Program-made: the position numbers and the translations under genes
Notes under the pieces: model-generated
What the model was told of the DNA's origin: nothing
What the model saw: the letters and a program-made list of their open reading frames with translations, nothing else
Databases searched by the model: none
From: Deferribacterales bacterium
GTDB taxonomy: Bacteria; Chrysiogenota; Deferribacteres; Deferribacterales; Geovibrionaceae
Direction of reading: 5' to 3'
DNA: 64,000 bases
NCBI GenBank assembly: GCA_050251875.1
Contig: JBFWMA010000007.1
Span: 96,001 to 160,000, forward strand
In this document: in pieces, positions 59,662 through 64,000 of the stretch
Layout of the letters: each line of letters starts with the position of its first letter
Position numbering within the stretch: position 1 is the stretch's first letter

Positions 59662-61743
59662 ATGTCAACAGACATACACCAGCAGACTTTTATAAACGAG
59701 GCGACAGAACTTCTCAACGAGCTTGAGCAGTCTCTCCTTGAGCTGGAAGACTGCCCGGATGACAGTGAGCTGATAGCGAGGGTTTTCAGAGCCATGCACA
59801 CGATAAAGGGATCGGGGGCGATGTTCGGTTTCGAGCATATAGCGTCTCTGGTGCACGGGATAGAGACAGCCTATGACATGGTGCGCAACGGAGAAGCATC
59901 CGTGTCCAAACAGATGCTGGACTATTCTCTGAAATCCTGCGACATAATCAGGGAAATGCTTGCCGATCAGGCGATTAAGGCGGACTCGCCTCTGGCGCAT
60001 GAAATCATAGATTTTTTCGGCAAAATCTCAAAAACGGACAAACCGGAAAATAAAGAGATCAAAAAACCGGCTGAACATGATTCTGACAGAACGGCAGATC
60101 ATGATCTGAAAACCTACAGAATAACTTTCAAACCGAACAGAAACATCCTGCTTCAGGGGTGCAACCCCATGCTGCTGATCCGAGAGCTCAAAGAGATGGG
60201 ACAGTCGTCCGTGGTTATCTACTCGCACGAAATACCCGAGCTCCACGAACTGGATCCGGAGCAGTGCTATCTGGCGTGGGACATAATCCTGACAACGGAT
60301 AAAACGGAAGACGAAATAAAAGATGTCTTCATCTTCGTGATGGATGACTGCGAGCTTTCCGTGACAGAGGTGGACGATCTGTCCGTGGACGAAAGGAACG
60401 AAAAGAAGATCGGCGAGATACTTCTTGAAAAAGGATGCCTCAGCAGCAGTCAGCTCAATGATGTTTTAAAAGAGAAAAAGCTTCTCGGCGAACTGATGGT
60501 CGAAAAAGGCATGGTAACCACAGAAGCTCTGGATTCCGCCCTTCAGGAACAGGCGCACATAAAGAATGTCCGCTCCCAGAAAAACACTGCGGCGGAAGCA
60601 TCTTCATCCATAAGAGTTCCTTCCGAAAGGCTGGACGCTCTGGTGGATCTGGTGGGCGAGCTGGTTACGGTGCAGGCCAGACTGAGCCAGGTAGCCGGAC
60701 AGAGAAACGATCCGGAAATGCTGAAAGTAGCGGAAGAAGTCGAAAGGCTCGTCTGGGAGCTCAGAGACAACGCGATGAACATCAGAATGCTGGAGATCGG
60801 GTCTACATTCAGCCGTTTCAAAAGGCTGGTGCGGGATCTTTCGCAGGAGCTGGGAAAAGAGATAGAGCTGGTTACTTTCGGCGGTGAAACGGAAATAGAC
60901 AAAACCGTAATAGAAAAACTGGGCGATCCTCTGGTTCACCTCATCCGAAACAGCATCGACCACGGCATAGAAACCCCGCAGGAAAGAGAAGCGGCAGGAA
61001 AACCGCCGAAAGGACACATCACCCTTCAGGCGAGCCATGCCGGCGACAGTGTTCTGATAGAAATCATCGATGACGGGCGGGGAATCAACAAACAGGCGGT
61101 ATTGAGCAAAGCAAGGGCGAAAGGGCTCATATCCGACTCGTATGAACCATCCGAAAAAGAGATTTTTGAAATGATCTTCGCCTCCGGATTCTCCACGGCA
61201 AACACAGTATCGAGCGTCTCCGGAAGAGGCGTTGGAATGGATGTCGTGCGGAAAAACATAGAGGCGCTGAGAGGGACAATAGACATCAACAGCGCCCAGG
61301 GAGTCGGCACATCCATTTCGCTCAAACTGCCGCTCACTCTCGCCATCATAGACGGTCTGCTGGTAACCATAGCCGACCAGTTCTTTATCCTTCCGCTTTC
61401 GATAGTCAACGAATGTATCGAGTTCCGCCAGTCTGAGCACGAAAGCAGATCAGGCAGGCGCATTATCATGGTGCGCAACGAGCTCGTGCCTTTTGTTCCC
61501 TTAAGACACTTTTTCAATATGCCGGGAGAAACGCCCGAAATCCAGCAGATAGTCATTATCAGCGTGGACGGCAAACGTATCGGCTTTGTGGTGGACAGTG
61601 TCGTGGGCGACCACCAGACGGTTATCAAATCTCTGGGCAAGGCGTTCAAAGAGATAGACTGCATATCCGGAGCGTCTGTTCTGGGCGATGGGTCTGTCGC
61701 TCTGATCATAGATATTATGAAAATTTACAATGATATAGATTAA
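59662..61743 (+). CDS. cheA: chemotaxis histidine kinase CheA
   Basis: FRAMHTIKG, DPLVHLIRNSIDHGIE, SGRGVGMDVV, LPLTLAII, CheW domain. Confidence 0.97.
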   Translation: MSTDIHQQTFINEATELLNELEQSLLELEDCPDDSELIARVFRAMHTIKGSGAMFGFEHIASLVHGIETAYDMVRNGEASVSKQMLDYSLKSCDIIREMLADQAIKADSPLAHEIIDFFGKISKTDKPENKEIKKPAEHDSDRTADHDLKTYRITFKPNRNILLQGCNPMLLIRELKEMGQSSVVIYSHEIPELHELDPEQCYLAWDIILTTDKTEDEIKDVFIFVMDDCELSVTEVDDLSVDERNEKKIGEILLEKGCLSSSQLNDVLKEKKLLGELMVEKGMVTTEALDSALQEQAHIKNVRSQKNTAAEASSSIRVPSERLDALVDLVGELVTVQARLSQVAGQRNDPEMLKVAEEVERLVWELRDNAMNIRMLEIGSTFSRFKRLVRDLSQELGKEIELVTFGGETEIDKTVIEKLGDPLVHLIRNSIDHGIETPQEREAAGKPPKGHITLQASHAGDSVLIEIIDDGRGINKQAVLSKARAKGLISDSYEPSEKEIFEMIFASGFSTANTVSSVSGRGVGMDVVRKNIEALRGTIDINSAQGVGTSISLKLPLTLAIIDGLLVTIADQFFILPLSIVNECIEFRQSEHESRSGRRIIMVRNELVPFVPLRHFFNMPGETPEIQQIVIISVDGKRIGFVVDSVVGDHQTVIKSLGKAFKEIDCISGASVLGDGSVALIIDIMKIYNDID

Positions 61744-61755
61744 TAAGGAGGTTTT

Positions 61756-63660
61756 ATGTTTAAAAATCTTAAAATCGGGGCAAAACTTCTGATCGGTTTC
61801 GGACTTGTAATAGGTCTTACTCTGGTAGTCGGTATAGTTGCCTACAACGGTATGAATGTTGTTCTGAAAGGAGCCAAATATTCCGATGCTCTCTCTACTA
61901 TGACACTTCAGTTCAAAGACGCCAGATTTTCTGAAGCGAAATTCATAGCCAAAAGCAAACAGGAATATGCCGAAGAGGTCGATACCGCTATGGCGGAATT
62001 CGAGAAAACTGTTGAAACAACAAAAGTTTTCGCCACCGACCAACAGGACGCCACACTGGAGACGATAGTAAAATCCGCTGACGATTTTTACAGCTGTTTC
62101 CAGCAGTACAAATCTCTGAATGATGAAAAACTGAAAATATATGGGGTTCTGGGTGTGGACGGCGGCACTCTGAACCAGAAATTCAATCAGGCAAACGTCA
62201 GCGCAGACGTCATGGGCAGTTTCATGACTATCCGTATGGTAATGAGAGACATTTTCTATGACAATCAGGTGGAGAAATTCGGTGACGTTTACAGAGCTTT
62301 TGATATCGTAAAAGCCGCTGTGGTACACATGCCCGATATCGCATCCCTCTTTGAAACATACGGGCAGAACATCACGGTAATTGAAAAGACAATCAACTCC
62401 CAGCTCGAGCTTGAAAAGAAAATGATCGAAGCCGCTGTGGAGGCGCAGAAGGTCACAGACGCTGAAAACGCCGCCAGCACAAGTGCCATGCTCGCCGCAT
62501 TCAAATCAGTCATTACGCTTATGATAGCGATAATAGCGGTCGCTGTTGTGATAGGCATCATCGCCGCTGTAGTCATAACAAAAGGGATAACAGGACCCGT
62601 ATCCAAAGGTGTTGAATTCGCCAAAGAACTCGCTAACGGAAATCTGGACGCTTCGCTGGATATAAACCAGAAAGACGAAGTGGGACAGCTTGCCTCAGCT
62701 CTTAAAAATATGGTTGAAAAGCTGAAAAGCATCATTACCGATGTGCGTACATCATCAGACAACGTTGCCATAGGATCAAGAGAGCTTTCCAGCGCGGCTC
62801 AGGATATGTCTCAGGGCGCCACAGAACAGGCAGCCAGCGCAGAGGAAGCCTCAGCCTCTATGGAAGAGATGGCGTCAAACATCAACCAGAACGCCGACAA
62901 CGCCCTTCAGACAGAGAAAATAGCGCTGAAAGCGGCTGGAGACGCAAAAGAAGGCGGAGACGCCGTACAGAAAACAGTAAAAGCGATGAAAGATATCGCT
63001 GATAAAATATCCATCATCGAAGAAATCGCCCGCCAGACAAACCTGCTCGCTCTGAACGCGGCTATAGAAGCGGCAAGAGCCGGCGAACACGGAAAAGGCT
63101 TCGCAGTTGTGGCGTCAGAAGTGCGCAAGCTCGCCGAACGCAGTCAGGAAGCCGCCAAAGAGATCAGCGACCTGTCGTCCAGCAGTGTGGACATAGCGGA
63201 GAAAGCGGGTCAGCTTCTCAATCAGATACTCCCTGATATTCAGAAAACCGCTGAACTGGTTCAGGAAATCACAGCAGGAAGCAGCGAGATGAGAATCGGA
63301 GGCGAACAGATCAACGCCGCCATTCAGCAGCTCGACCAGGTTATCCAGCGCAACGCTGGCGCCTCAGAAGAGATGGCTGCCACATCAGAAGAGCTGTCCA
63401 GCCAGTCTGAGGCTCTTCAGCAGGCTATATCGTTCTTCAAAATGAAGACAAACGGCTCTTCCGTAAACAAATACGCATCCCAGGCGAAGAAAACAGCCAA
63501 AAAAGCGCCGGAGCCTGTGAAACATTTTGAAAAACCTGTTTTCCCTCATCATCTTAACCCGCAGCAGAAACCTGCGCCTAAGAAAGACAGCGAGGGGATT
63601 GATCTGGATCTCGTTGATGGAAAAAGTGAGCACAAAGATTCAGATTTTGAAAGTTTTTAA
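61756..63660 (+). CDS. methyl-accepting chemotaxis protein with HAMP domain
   Basis: [42 protein letters not shown]-terminal DFESF pentapeptide. Confidence 0.95.
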   Translation: MFKNLKIGAKLLIGFGLVIGLTLVVGIVAYNGMNVVLKGAKYSDALSTMTLQFKDARFSEAKFIAKSKQEYAEEVDTAMAEFEKTVETTKVFATDQQDATLETIVKSADDFYSCFQQYKSLNDEKLKIYGVLGVDGGTLNQKFNQANVSADVMGSFMTIRMVMRDIFYDNQVEKFGDVYRAFDIVKAAVVHMPDIASLFETYGQNITVIEKTINSQLELEKKMIEAAVEAQKVTDAENAASTSAMLAAFKSVITLMIAIIAVAVVIGIIAAVVITKGITGPVSKGVEFAKELANGNLDASLDINQKDEVGQLASALKNMVEKLKSIITDVRTSSDNVAIGSRELSSAAQDMSQGATEQAASAEEASASMEEMASNINQNADNALQTEKIALKAAGDAKEGGDAVQKTVKAMKDIADKISIIEEIARQTNLLALNAAIEAARAGEHGKGFAVVASEVRKLAERSQEAAKEISDLSSSSVDIAEKAGQLLNQILPDIQKTAELVQEITAGSSEMRIGGEQINAAIQQLDQVIQRNAGASEEMAATSEELSSQSEALQQAISFFKMKTNGSSVNKYASQAKKTAKKAPEPVKHFEKPVFPHHLNPQQKPAPKKDSEGIDLDLVDGKSEHKDSDFESF

Positions 63661-63671
63661 GGCGGTACCCT

Positions 63672-64000
63672 ATGGAAGATAAAACAATAGGAAAAGGAAC
63701 CGACAGCAGTCAGGTACTGACTTTCAAGCTGGCCGATGAGGTCTATGGCGTGGATATTATGTCAGTCAGAGAGGTGCTGGATTTCTCCAGCGTGACGAAA
63801 GTCCCACATACGCCTGACTTCATGGTCGGAGTGATAAATCTAAGGGGCAATGTCGTTCCGGTTGTGGATCTTAAAAAGAAATTCCGGCTGGGAGACACTG
63901 TCAGAACCGTAAACACTTGCATCATCATCGTGGAGGTGGAAGTGGACGGTGATTCCACTGTTCTTGGAGCGCTTGCGGACTCTGTTCAGGAAGTTGTTGA
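63672..64000 (+). CDS. cheW: CheW, partial (runs off the right edge)
   Basis: MEDK...QVLTFKLADEVYGVDIMSVREV...TKVPHTPDFMVGVINLRGNVVPVVDL. Confidence 0.92.
   Translation, partial: MEDKTIGKGTDSSQVLTFKLADEVYGVDIMSVREVLDFSSVTKVPHTPDFMVGVINLRGNVVPVVDLKKKFRLGDTVRTVNTCIIIVEVEVDGDSTVLGALADSVQEVV

Overview
A bacterial chromosome segment. The gene repertoire (Na+-NQR, sigma-54 regulators, many Cache/PAS/GGDEF sensors) suggests an anaerobic respirer, possibly Deferribacterota; this is inference only. Bases 1-38.2 kb are mostly core genes: c-di-GMP and kinase sensors, a complete nqrABCDEF operon followed by an unannotated NqrM-like micro-ORF, htpG, rqcH, larB, eno and nadB. This part also holds a permease-less 'SBP-like / G3E GTPase / ABC ATPase / YgbA' operon under an FNR/DNR-type box, and several REP/RPE-like palindromic repeats. 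tRNA-Gly and tRNA-Cys follow. An AT-rich ~16.5 kb integrative mobilizable element is inserted in tRNA-Cys, bounded by a 45-bp direct repeat at 38364-38408 and 54930-54974. It carries a tyrosine integrase, an Xis, a MOBF relaxase-helicase split at a T9 tract, a TrwA-like protein and a TraD/TrwB coupling protein, but no T4SS. Its two defence blocks are (membrane protein, Type IIG R-M, Mrr, ORF6N) and (PIN, Shedu, HEPN-like). The window ends with a frameshifted sigma-54 activator divergent from a sigma-54-driven STAS-CheY-CheA-MCP-CheW chemosensory operon.
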